DNA from: Clostridia bacterium
GTDB lineage: Bacteria; Bacillota; Clostridia; UMGS1883
Direction: 5' to 3'
Length of the DNA stretch: 64,000 nucleotides
Assembly: GCA_045604905.1 (NCBI GenBank)
Contig: JAZUOX010000006.1
Span: 772-64,771, forward strand
This document shows positions 54,811 through 63,196 of the stretch, piece after piece. The notes beneath the pieces are model-generated. The model ran no database searches. It saw only the letters and a program-made list of their open reading frames with translations, and was not told the DNA's origin. Numbering within the stretch: position 1 is the stretch's first letter; each line of letters starts with the position of its first letter. The position numbers were made by a program, and so were the translations under genes.

Positions 54811-55827
54811 ATGTGGACTGAAGAAAAACTTGACAATTTACTTACAGAGCCCTCCGATGCCCTTGTGGAGGATATGAAGAAAATACAGGGCGACATTATG
54901 GTGCTCGGCGCAGGTGGAAAAATGGGACCTACCCTTTGCCTTCTCGCAAAGAGAGCTATTGAAAAAGCAGGTATTGAGAAAAAGGTTATTGCTGTATCAC
55001 GTTTTTCAGACCCTATCGCGACAAAGCTTCTTACAGATAACGGTATCGACATCATCAGTGCAGACCTTCAGAACCGTGAGCAGTTTGATGCGCTTCCTCT
55101 TTGCGAAAACGTAATCTTTATGGCAGGTAAGAAATTCGGTACAGACGGTAACGAATGGGCAACCTGGGGTATGAATGCCACACTTCCTGCATTTGTTGCA
55201 GAAAAGTATAAGGCATCAAACATAGTTGTATTCTCTTCGGGAAATACTTATCCTATCGTTCCCGTAAATCAGGGCGGATGCAGAGAATGTGACAAACAGG
55301 GCCCCATCGGTGAATATGCTATGAGCTGTCTTGCAAGAGAAAGGGCTTTTGAGTACGGTGCAAACACATTCGGAACAAAGGTATTTATCTACCGTCTTAA
55401 CTTTGCGGTAGACCTCCGCTACGGTGTGCTTTACGACCTTGCGGACAATATTATAAACCACAGACCGATTTCTCTTTCAACACCTCTCTTTAACTTTATC
55501 TGGCAGGGAAGTGCAAACGAAATCGCAATCCGCGGTCTTCTTCACGCAGAAAGTCCTGCAAAGAAGGTTAACATAACAGGACCCGAAACAGTGTCTATCA
55601 GAAAAGCTGCCCAGGAGCTTGGTGAATATCTTGGCATTGAGCCGATTTTTGAAAATGAAGAAGGAAACGATGCTTATCTTAACGATGCGTCACTTGCCAT
55701 GGAAATGTTCGGCTATCCCTCTGTAAGTGCAAAGACGCTTATCCGCTGGCAGGCAGAATGGATTAAGGACGGCGGCAGAGGTCTTGGTAAGCCTACTCAT
55801 TTTGAAGAAAGAAAGGGTGCATATTAA
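54811..55827 (+). CDS. NAD-dependent epimerase/dehydratase family (extended SDR) protein
   Basis: Rossmann motif MVLGAGGKMGPTL; size and layout of an extended SDR; GGGAG RBS. Confidence 0.75.
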   Translation: MWTEEKLDNLLTEPSDALVEDMKKIQGDIMVLGAGGKMGPTLCLLAKRAIEKAGIEKKVIAVSRFSDPIATKLLTDNGIDIISADLQNREQFDALPLCENVIFMAGKKFGTDGNEWATWGMNATLPAFVAEKYKASNIVVFSSGNTYPIVPVNQGGCRECDKQGPIGEYAMSCLARERAFEYGANTFGTKVFIYRLNFAVDLRYGVLYDLADNIINHRPISLSTPLFNFIWQGSANEIAIRGLLHAESPAKKVNITGPETVSIRKAAQELGEYLGIEPIFENEEGNDAYLNDASLAMEMFGYPSVSAKTLIRWQAEWIKDGGRGLGKPTHFEERKGAY

Positions 55828-56879
55828 TGAGAAAAGAAGCTTTAAAAGTATTACATAACGGTACTGTTATTCCGGCAATGCCTCTTGTGCTTGACGAAAA
55901 CAGAAAATTTGACGAAGAGGGACAGAGAGTCCTTGTAAGATACTACCTTGATGCAGGTGCAGGCGGTATCGCTATGGCTGTTCATACAACACAGTTTGAA
56001 ATCCGTGACCCCGAAATCAACCTTTACGAAAAGGTTATAGATGTTGTTGTTGACGAAATTGATAAGTTTGAGAAAAAGACAGGCAAGGCAATCGTAAGAA
56101 TTGCAGGTGTCTGCGGTGAAATTGAGCAAGCAGTAAAAGAGGCAGAGCTTTCAAAGAAATACGGCTGTGATGCAGTTCTCTTAAGCCCCGGAGGGCTTAA
56201 CCACAAGTCAGAAGATTATATGGTTGAAAGAACAGAAAAAGTTGCTTCCGTAATGCCCGTTGTAGGTTTCTACCTTCAGCCTTCCGTTGGCGGCAGAGCT
56301 TTCAGCTACAACTACTGGGAAAGAGTTTGTGAGGTTAAGAATGTTGTTGCTATCAAGGCAGCGCCTTTTAATCGCTACCTTACACAGGACGTTGTAAGAG
56401 CAGCAGCTCTTTCAAGCAGAGCAGACGAAATCGCTCTTTATACCGGAAATGACGACAATATTGTTATCGACCTTATTACAAACTACTCATTTGAAAAAGA
56501 CGGAAAGACTTATAAGAAGGATTTCGTAGGCGGTCTTCTCGGTCACTGGAGTGTATGGCTTAACACTGTTGTTAAGTATTTCAATATGCTTAAGGAAGCC
56601 AAGAAAAAGGGTGAAATCACTCCCGAAATTCTCGCACTTGCAAATGCGGTTACAGATGCAAATGCGGCATTCTTTGACACTGCAAATAACTTCGCAGGCT
56701 GTATTGCAGGTCTTCACGAGGTACTTCGCCGTCAGGGACTTATGAAAGGCATCTGGTGTCTTAACCCCGATGAAACCGTTTCTCCCGGACAGATTGAAGA
56801 AATTGACCGTGTTTATAAAATGTATCCCGAACTTAACGATGACGAATTCGTAAAGACTAATATTGAAAACTGGAGATAA
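55827..56879 (+). CDS. Dihydrodipicolinate synthase/N-acetylneuraminate lyase family (class I aldolase) protein, long form
   Basis: ...VRIAGVCG..., ...GFYLQPSVGG..., and a Schiff-base Lys context VVAIKAAP. 350 aa versus ~290 for DapA. TAATG overlap with the SDR gene. Confidence 0.7.
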   Translation: MRKEALKVLHNGTVIPAMPLVLDENRKFDEEGQRVLVRYYLDAGAGGIAMAVHTTQFEIRDPEINLYEKVIDVVVDEIDKFEKKTGKAIVRIAGVCGEIEQAVKEAELSKKYGCDAVLLSPGGLNHKSEDYMVERTEKVASVMPVVGFYLQPSVGGRAFSYNYWERVCEVKNVVAIKAAPFNRYLTQDVVRAAALSSRADEIALYTGNDDNIVIDLITNYSFEKDGKTYKKDFVGGLLGHWSVWLNTVVKYFNMLKEAKKKGEITPEILALANAVTDANAAFFDTANNFAGCIAGLHEVLRRQGLMKGIWCLNPDETVSPGQIEEIDRVYKMYPELNDDEFVKTNIENWR

Positions 56880-56889
56880 AGGTGATTTA

Positions 56890-57549
56890 ATGCGTGTTTT
56901 TGATGTGCTGGGTCCGGTAATGGTAGGACCGTCAAGCTCCCATACGGCAGGTGCTTGCCGTCTTGCGCTGGTAGCTCGTGCGCTTCTTGATGAAAAGCCG
57001 GTAAAGGCGCATATCCGCCTTTACGGCTCTTTTGCAAAGACATATCAGGGGCATTGCACTGACAGAGCAATAATAGGTGGATTGCTTGGGTATTCTCCCG
57101 ACGATGACCGCCTGCGTGACAGCTTTTCATGTGCAGAAAAGGACGGACTTTCTTATTCTTTTGAGGAGGCGGAAAGTGATACTCTTCACCCGAATTCCGT
57201 AGACCTCATTCTTGAGGGAAAAACAAAAAATGTCACAGTAACAGCATCCTCAATAGGTGGCGGTGCAATCAAGGTTGTGAAAATCAATGGAGCAGAGGTT
57301 GATTTTTCTGCAGAATATCCCACGACAATTCTTTATCACAAGGATGTGAGGGGTATTATTGCAAAATATTCCGAGCTTTTTGCGCGTTACGGAGTTAATA
57401 TCGCATTTATGCGTGTTTATCGTCACAAAATAGGAAGAGATGCAATTACCGTAATTGAAAGTGATCACAGTATCAGTGATGAGCTTCTTGAAAAAATCAG
57501 AAGTCTTGAAAACGTAGACGGTGCAGTATATCTGCCGGCGGTGAAGTAA
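56890..57549 (+). CDS. sdaAB: L-serine ammonia-lyase, iron-sulfur-dependent, beta subunit
   Basis: MRVFDVLGPVMVGPSSSHTAGACRL... followed by a C-terminal ACT-like domain. The ATG at 56890 is the supported start. Confidence 0.92.
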   Translation: MRVFDVLGPVMVGPSSSHTAGACRLALVARALLDEKPVKAHIRLYGSFAKTYQGHCTDRAIIGGLLGYSPDDDRLRDSFSCAEKDGLSYSFEEAESDTLHPNSVDLILEGKTKNVTVTASSIGGGAIKVVKINGAEVDFSAEYPTTILYHKDVRGIIAKYSELFARYGVNIAFMRVYRHKIGRDAITVIESDHSISDELLEKIRSLENVDGAVYLPAVK

Positions 57550-57561
57550 GGGGGAGTAAGT

Positions 57562-58449
57562 ATGTTTTCTTCATTTGAAGAGTTAGTTAAAAAAGCGGAA
57601 GATTCCGGAAAAAGTATTTCCGAAATTATTCTTGAAACAGAGGCAGAAGAAACAGAACTTTCCACAGAAGAACTTATTTCCCGTATGAAAAACAATCTTT
57701 ACGTTATGCGTAAGTCTGCAACTGTAAAAAAGCGATGCTCTGCATCAGGGCTTTCAGGGGAGAATGGATGGAAATACTCCCTTTCAGATAATAAAGGTGT
57801 ACTTATGGGTTCTCTTGCGTCGAAAGCAATGGAGTATGCAATGAGTATTGCTGAGCATAACGCTTGTATGGGTAAAATTGTTGCCGCTCCCACAGCAGGC
57901 TCTTGCGGAATACTTCCGGGGGTACTTCTTGCAGTAGCAGAAGAAAAAAACATCAGTGATGATGAAATTGTTATGGCTCTTTTCAACGCTGCTGGAATAG
58001 GTGCGGTTATCGCTGAGCGTGCATGCCTTTCAGGTGCAGAGGGTGGATGTCAGGCAGAGTGCGGCAGTGCGTCTGCTATGGCAGCATCAGCAATTTGTGA
58101 GCTTATGGGAGGAACGCCGCGGATGTGCACAAATGCAGCGGCACTTACTATAAAATTTGTTCTTGGCCTTGTATGTGATCCGGTAGGCGGTCTTGTGGAA
58201 GTTCCCTGCGTAAAACGTAACGCATCAGGTGCAATAAATGCCATTACTGCAGCGGAATTGTCCCTTTGCGGGGTGGAGTCCTATATTCCTGCGGATGAAG
58301 TAATAGACGCAATGAGTGATGTCGGCAAAATGATGAGCTACCGCCTTAAAGAAACTGCACTTGGCGGACTTGCATCAACGGATACTGCCAAAGGTTTCAG
58401 ACTTGAAGGGAGTGGCTGTAATGCGCAATGCCGCTGTAACAAAGGCTAA
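57562..58449 (+). CDS. sdaAA: L-serine ammonia-lyase, iron-sulfur-dependent, alpha subunit
   Basis: ...PTAGSCGILPG..., ...GAEGGCQAECGSA..., ...VPCVKRNA... (the Fe-S Cys ligand contexts). Confidence 0.92.
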   Translation: MFSSFEELVKKAEDSGKSISEIILETEAEETELSTEELISRMKNNLYVMRKSATVKKRCSASGLSGENGWKYSLSDNKGVLMGSLASKAMEYAMSIAEHNACMGKIVAAPTAGSCGILPGVLLAVAEEKNISDDEIVMALFNAAGIGAVIAERACLSGAEGGCQAECGSASAMAASAICELMGGTPRMCTNAAALTIKFVLGLVCDPVGGLVEVPCVKRNASGAINAITAAELSLCGVESYIPADEVIDAMSDVGKMMSYRLKETALGGLASTDTAKGFRLEGSGCNAQCRCNKG

Positions 58450-59032
58450 TATACTTAAAGCAGCAGAAGAAGAATTCTCCGCCAAAGGAATCTACGGTGC
58501 CCGTGTGGAAGAAATTGCAAAAAAATCCGGCAGTAATAAGCGTATGATATACGAGTATTACGGAAACAAAGAAAAATTGTACACAGTAGTTCTGGAAAAT
58601 GCATATAAAAGACTTGGTGAAAAAGAAGAGCTTCTTTTTGAAAATGAGAAAGACTACAAAAAAGCGATTGAGGACATACTCCGTATGTATTACGATTTCC
58701 TTAAAAATGACGAGAGCTTTGTCAATCTCATTATGTGGGAAAATCTGAACAGGGCAGAGTATATGAAAAAATCCGATAATCTTTCTTCCGTTAAAAATCC
58801 TTTGATAGAATCACTTCATAAAATCCTTGAAAAAGGGAAGAGTGAAGGCGTTTTCAGACAGGATATTGACGAAGAACAGATTGCGGTGCTTCTTATAACA
58901 ATCAGCTTTTCGTATTTTTCCAATGTGCATACTTTGTCACATCTTATGAACGTAAATCTGACAGAGGAACAAAAAATGGAAAATCGTGTGAATATGGTTG
59001 TGGAAATGGTAAATAACTATATTTCGAAATAA
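58421..59032 (+). CDS. TetR/AcrR family transcriptional regulator
   Basis: MRNAAVTKANILKAAEEEFSAKGIYGARVEEIAKKSGSNKRMIYEYYGNKEKLY is a canonical TetR N-terminal HTH. The ATG at 58421 follows GGGAG and overlaps the sdaAA 3' end by 29 nt. Confidence 0.88.
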   Translation: MRNAAVTKANILKAAEEEFSAKGIYGARVEEIAKKSGSNKRMIYEYYGNKEKLYTVVLENAYKRLGEKEELLFENEKDYKKAIEDILRMYYDFLKNDESFVNLIMWENLNRAEYMKKSDNLSSVKNPLIESLHKILEKGKSEGVFRQDIDEEQIAVLLITISFSYFSNVHTLSHLMNVNLTEEQKMENRVNMVVEMVNNYISK

Positions 59033-59040
59033 AAAATTGT

Positions 59041-59079
59041 AAAAAAATACTTCGAACTTAAAGTTCGAAGTATTTTTTT
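59041..59079. terminator. Bidirectional terminator shared by convergent tetR and the mntR-like gene; the mntR-like stop codon lies in the loop
   Basis: AAAAAAA-TACTTCGAAC-TTAAA-GTTCGAAGTA-TTTTTTT. Confidence 0.85.
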
Positions 59080-59420
59080 ATTGCCATCAATGTTTCATCC
59101 GATATAACGTGTTCAATCTTGCAGGCATCGGTTGAAGCAACCTCACCACTTACGCCAATTTTTGCAAGAAAGCTTGAAAGTACGGTGTGTCTTTCAAAAA
59201 TCTTGTTTGCGGCTGTTTTCCCCTCATCAGTAAGGGCCAGGCTGCCGTCTTCTGCCATAGTTACATAACCACCACTTTTAAGAAGTCCTACGGCACGGCT
59301 TACACTGGGCTTGGAATACCCCATATATTCAGCCACGTCTATGCTTCTGACGTGCTTTGATTTTTGCGACAGAACATATATTGTTTCAAGATACATTTCA
59401 GCAGATTCCTGCAAATGCAT
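59058..59420 (-). CDS. DtxR/MntR-family metal-dependent transcriptional regulator (short form)
   Basis: ...SAEMYLETIYVL......VRSIDVAEYMGYSKPSVSRAVGLLKSGGYV... (winged HTH), then ...ERHTVLSSFL..IGV....A..DACKIEHVISDET (the dimerisation/metal domain). Confidence 0.85.
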   Translation of the reverse strand: MHLQESAEMYLETIYVLSQKSKHVRSIDVAEYMGYSKPSVSRAVGLLKSGGYVTMAEDGSLALTDEGKTAANKIFERHTVLSSFLAKIGVSGEVASTDACKIEHVISDETLMAIKKYFEL

Positions 59421-59525
59421 ACATATCACCTCTGTTAGTCATACTTTATCACAAAAATCGCTTTTTTTCAAGAGCAATGTTAATAATTTTCAGTAATATT
59501 ACTGTAATAATTGTGAGATAATTTA

Positions 59526-59554
59526 TTGACTTGGATATAAAGCAATGATATAAT
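59526..59554 (+). promoter_or_regulatory. Candidate sigma-A promoter of the large secreted protein gene
   Basis: TTGACT (59526-59531), 17-nt spacer, TATAAT (59549-59554). AAGGAGG RBS at ~59578. Confidence 0.6.
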
Positions 59555-59591
59555 AATTAAAGCATTATAATATTTTTAAGGAGGAAGAGAT

Positions 59592-62500
59592 ATGAAAAAA
59601 ATTATTGCACTTGCCGTAGCTCTTGTAATGGCGCTTTCAATGTGCACATTCAGTGTTATGGCAGCAGTTGAAGTTGTCTTTGAAGAAATTTCAAACGGTC
59701 AGCTTCAGGATTTTGTTGTAACAGACCTTGACTTTACAGGTTACACTGTTACATCATCAAACACAGCAATTATTGCCGAGGACGGCACAGTAACAAGACC
59801 TCTTTTTGAGGATGTAAAGGTTGCTCTTGACATCAGCGGCACAAAATTTGACGTGACTGTCAAAGCACAGAACGTTAACGCTGTTTATTATGAGGATTTC
59901 TCAGCTAAAGACGGTGAAACCAAGCTTGAGGATTACGACTGGGATGTTTCAGCAGCTAAGTACGAAAACTCTCTTTCTGCTGTAGAGGAAGGTAAGGCAA
60001 CTCTCAATTTTGAGGGGGATACCGATACATACGGCAGAGCATCAGCTTTTTATGCAATTCAGGGTGAAGAACCCGGCTCAACAACAGTTGCTTTCGACAT
60101 AAGCAATCTGAGCGGCAACGTAGGAAGCGGTATTGACATCCGTGCTCATGTAAAGGTTTACTATAACGACGGCACCGAGGCAAAGGCTACTACAGAAAAT
60201 AATTTCTACAGAATAACAAGTTCAGTGTCCGGTTACGGATATGGCGAAAAGATTACAGGAACAATTCTTACAGCTGCAAATAACACAGCAGGTAAGAGTG
60301 GTAAAGTGCAGATGAAGATTGCCTCAAACGGTGAAGTGTTTGTCGGTAATGATAAAGGTATACTTGTAAAGAGCGCTACAGACTTCACAGGTGAAAACGT
60401 AGAAAGAGTAGAATTCCTCGGATTCAAGTTCTGTAACGCAGGTAGCGGTTGTGGCGGTAGCCTTGATATTGACAATCTTGTTGTATATCAGGACGTAGCA
60501 GAGGAAGATGTTCTTGCAAATGCAACACCTGCGCAAAAGTCAGCTTACTTCACAAAGTATCTTGAGGAAGCTTATGTAACAGACGGTGGCTCTTTCAAGG
60601 CAGTTGCAAATAACCTTAAATTTACAGCAGAAGACCTTACAGAAGATGCAACAATCACATGGGAAACAGATATAGATGTAGTAAAAGAAGACGGTACAGT
60701 TCTTCGTGATATGTCAGAAACTATTACTACTTCAATCACAGGTACACTTTCAGTTGAGGGTGCAGAAGACGTTGTAAAGACATACAGCGTTACACTTCTT
60801 CCTCTTAATGTAGCAGGTTCTACAGAAATACTTGACGGTAATTACGGCACTGCAGGTACAAGCTTTGCAGGTCAGACCGGATGGAAGCCGGCTTCAATCA
60901 AAGCATATGAAAGTATGACAGTTCAGACAGAAACAAACGGTAACAATTACCTTCGTTTCGGTGTTTCTGCTTATGAGCCTTCAGGTTCAGTACCTACATA
61001 TACTTTTGCATCAGTTCCCGAAATCGGTGAAAAGATTATCCTTAAGGCAAAGGTAAGAAACCCCGAAAAGGTTAAGGGTGTTGGAAACTTTACATTTACA
61101 ATCAATGGCGAGGAAGAAGCAGAATTTATTAACTACGCAGGATATATCTACGATAACGACTACTACGACGGCACAAACTATGACGATTATTATGGTGGCA
61201 ACAAGTCACGAGCAGATGTGCTTATGCAGGAAAATCAGTGGTATGACATCAAGGTTGAGATTAATTCTGCTGATGCAAATGCAATCTTCTACATCAACGA
61301 CAAAAAAGTTGGTGAGCATAAGACAAAGACAGGTGCTGCTATAACAGAAATCGAGTCACTTGGTTTCTTTATTAAGTGCCGTGGCACAATGGACGATGCA
61401 TCAGCTCCTACTTATGCAGCACAGTACTACGATGTTGACGATGTTCAGGTTATGACACTTCTTTCTGATGCAGACGCATTCCAGAAAGCAGAGGACGAGG
61501 TTAAGTTTGAATTCCTTAAAACATACCTTACTCCCGAAGTGTTTGCAAATGGTGAGAGCCTTGCAGCAATCACAAAAGACCTTACATTCGCCCCTGCAGA
61601 TGTTGACCTTGATGCAATCGGTGCAAGCCTTGTATGGGAATCAAGCGACGAATCTGTAGTTGCTGCAGACGGTAAGATTACACAGGATGCAGCTATTGGT
61701 AAGCCTGTAACAGTTAAGGGTACTCTTACTGTTGGTGACCTCGCTCCTGTTTCTGCAACCTATGCAATCACAGTTGCACCCAAGGGTACAGAAATCTATG
61801 CTGCATCAAACAAGGAAACAATGACATGGGATTTCGAAGACAAGGAAGAAAATTCTGTTGATCCTATGGTAGGCAGCTACGATGACGGTACTAAGGGTCT
61901 TGCATTTGAAAACGGCACGGGTACAGTTACTTATAAGTATGACGAACAGCGCGGTATGGTAGCAGAGTTTATTCCCTCAAATGAACAGGTTGCTCTTAAA
62001 TTCTTTGCAGGTGTTCGTGCAGGTAATCACACAGACCGCTATGTAGCAGGCGTGGATGTCAAGTTTGATATCAAAGACGATGCTACAAGATATGACCTTA
62101 CATATATGCTCCGCGGTAACAACGGTGGTTATGTACAGGGCGGTTTCCAGAATACAGACGGTACTGATGTTATCACCATCGCTCCCGCAGATTCAAATGT
62201 AGACGGCGTAGCACGCAGCGGTAAGGGGGATATGCTCTTTGCAAACCGTGCTGACCATGTAAACAGTATTTTTGAAGAAAACGTATGGCATAACATTACT
62301 CTTGACTATAACGCAAAGGCAAATGTATACTATGTATACTTTGACGGCGTTCTTGTAAGTGAAGCTCCTTCTTCAACAAAGCAGACTTCGGGTTATCCTC
62401 TGCTCTGGATACAGCTCTTCACACGCAATATGGCATCAGTACAGGTTGATAACCAGTACGTTGTAAAATATTCTGATGCAGATTTAGTTGTAGCGGATGC

Positions 62501-63086
62501 CGCACTTAAGTCTGCAGTATATAACGCAGCATCGCGTGAAACAGGTCAGTCAGGACAGCCCGGATTCTACAGAGTAATTCACCGTAATGACCTTGACAGT
62601 GTAATTGTAGATGCACTCCCCACACCCCAGAGTGCTGCAAGCGGTGCAACTCTTACATGGAAGATTAACGGTGCAGAGCATACAGGTGATACTTTCACAC
62701 CTCCTGCGAAGGCTGAATTTGTTGAGTTTGAGGTAACTGCAACATATAACGGAAAATCAGTTACAGATACATTTACAAATAGAATGGCGCCTGTAAAGGG
62801 TATTGAGTACAAGTACGAAAAGATTGACGACAAGCAGCATTACACAGCTATCATGCTTGCAGGTAATGTAGAAGGCAAGAAGCTTATTGTAAGATGTAGA
62901 GAGCACGCAGCAGAAGGCAAGAAGGCAGGTAAGACAGTAAGAATTGACTTCTTCAATATTGCTGACTACTACAATACTGAAACCGGATATTTCACATTCC
63001 CCGAGGCTTACAACTATACAGTAATGGGTATCGAATGCTTCATTATGGATGGCGGTAAGATTACTCCTATCGCATTTGAAAGATAA
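59592..63086 (+). CDS. Large secreted modular protein: signal peptide plus four short Ig-like (W-x-S/T...G-x-V/I-T) modules alternating with three LamG/concanavalin-like beta-sandwich modules plus a C-terminal domain
   Basis: Signal peptide MKKIIALAVALVMALSMCTFSVMA|AVE. Recurring ...TITWETDIDVVKEDGTVLRD..., ...SLVWESSDESVVAADGKITQD..., ...TLTWKINGAE... segments. Recurring jelly-roll cores (NQWYDIKVEINSADANAIFYINDKKVGE; ENVWHNITLDYNAKANVYYVYFDGVLVSE). No LPXTG, dockerin, SLH or cell-wall-binding (CWB) motif seen. Confidence 0.75.
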   Translation: MKKIIALAVALVMALSMCTFSVMAAVEVVFEEISNGQLQDFVVTDLDFTGYTVTSSNTAIIAEDGTVTRPLFEDVKVALDISGTKFDVTVKAQNVNAVYYEDFSAKDGETKLEDYDWDVSAAKYENSLSAVEEGKATLNFEGDTDTYGRASAFYAIQGEEPGSTTVAFDISNLSGNVGSGIDIRAHVKVYYNDGTEAKATTENNFYRITSSVSGYGYGEKITGTILTAANNTAGKSGKVQMKIASNGEVFVGNDKGILVKSATDFTGENVERVEFLGFKFCNAGSGCGGSLDIDNLVVYQDVAEEDVLANATPAQKSAYFTKYLEEAYVTDGGSFKAVANNLKFTAEDLTEDATITWETDIDVVKEDGTVLRDMSETITTSITGTLSVEGAEDVVKTYSVTLLPLNVAGSTEILDGNYGTAGTSFAGQTGWKPASIKAYESMTVQTETNGNNYLRFGVSAYEPSGSVPTYTFASVPEIGEKIILKAKVRNPEKVKGVGNFTFTINGEEEAEFINYAGYIYDNDYYDGTNYDDYYGGNKSRADVLMQENQWYDIKVEINSADANAIFYINDKKVGEHKTKTGAAITEIESLGFFIKCRGTMDDASAPTYAAQYYDVDDVQVMTLLSDADAFQKAEDEVKFEFLKTYLTPEVFANGESLAAITKDLTFAPADVDLDAIGASLVWESSDESVVAADGKITQDAAIGKPVTVKGTLTVGDLAPVSATYAITVAPKGTEIYAASNKETMTWDFEDKEENSVDPMVGSYDDGTKGLAFENGTGTVTYKYDEQRGMVAEFIPSNEQVALKFFAGVRAGNHTDRYVAGVDVKFDIKDDATRYDLTYMLRGNNGGYVQGGFQNTDGTDVITIAPADSNVDGVARSGKGDMLFANRADHVNSIFEENVWHNITLDYNAKANVYYVYFDGVLVSEAPSSTKQTSGYPLLWIQLFTRNMASVQVDNQYVVKYSDADLVVADAALKSAVYNAASRETGQSGQPGFYRVIHRNDLDSVIVDALPTPQSAASGATLTWKINGAEHTGDTFTPPAKAEFVEFEVTATYNGKSVTDTFTNRMAPVKGIEYKYEKIDDKQHYTAIMLAGNVEGKKLIVRCREHAAEGKKAGKTVRIDFFNIADYYNTETGYFTFPEAYNYTVMGIECFIMDGGKITPIAFER

Positions 63087-63100
63087 ACCATAATACAAAC

Positions 63101-63130
63101 AAAAAAGTGTCGCAAAGCGACACTTTTTTG
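63101..63130 (+). terminator. Rho-independent terminator after the secreted-protein gene
   Basis: AAAAA-AGTGTCGC-AAA-GCGACACT-TTTTTT. Confidence 0.88.
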
Positions 63131-63196
63131 TTGCTTAAAACCATATTTAATGGTAAAATATAATGAAAGGCACAAAACCGTAAAGGAGAGCTTTTT

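Noticed and set aside
59050-59070. LexA/Cheo box CGAAC-N4-GTTCG
   Set aside because: The spacing is N5, the site lies between two convergent 3' ends rather than in a promoter, and it is flanked by A7/T7 as a bidirectional terminator.
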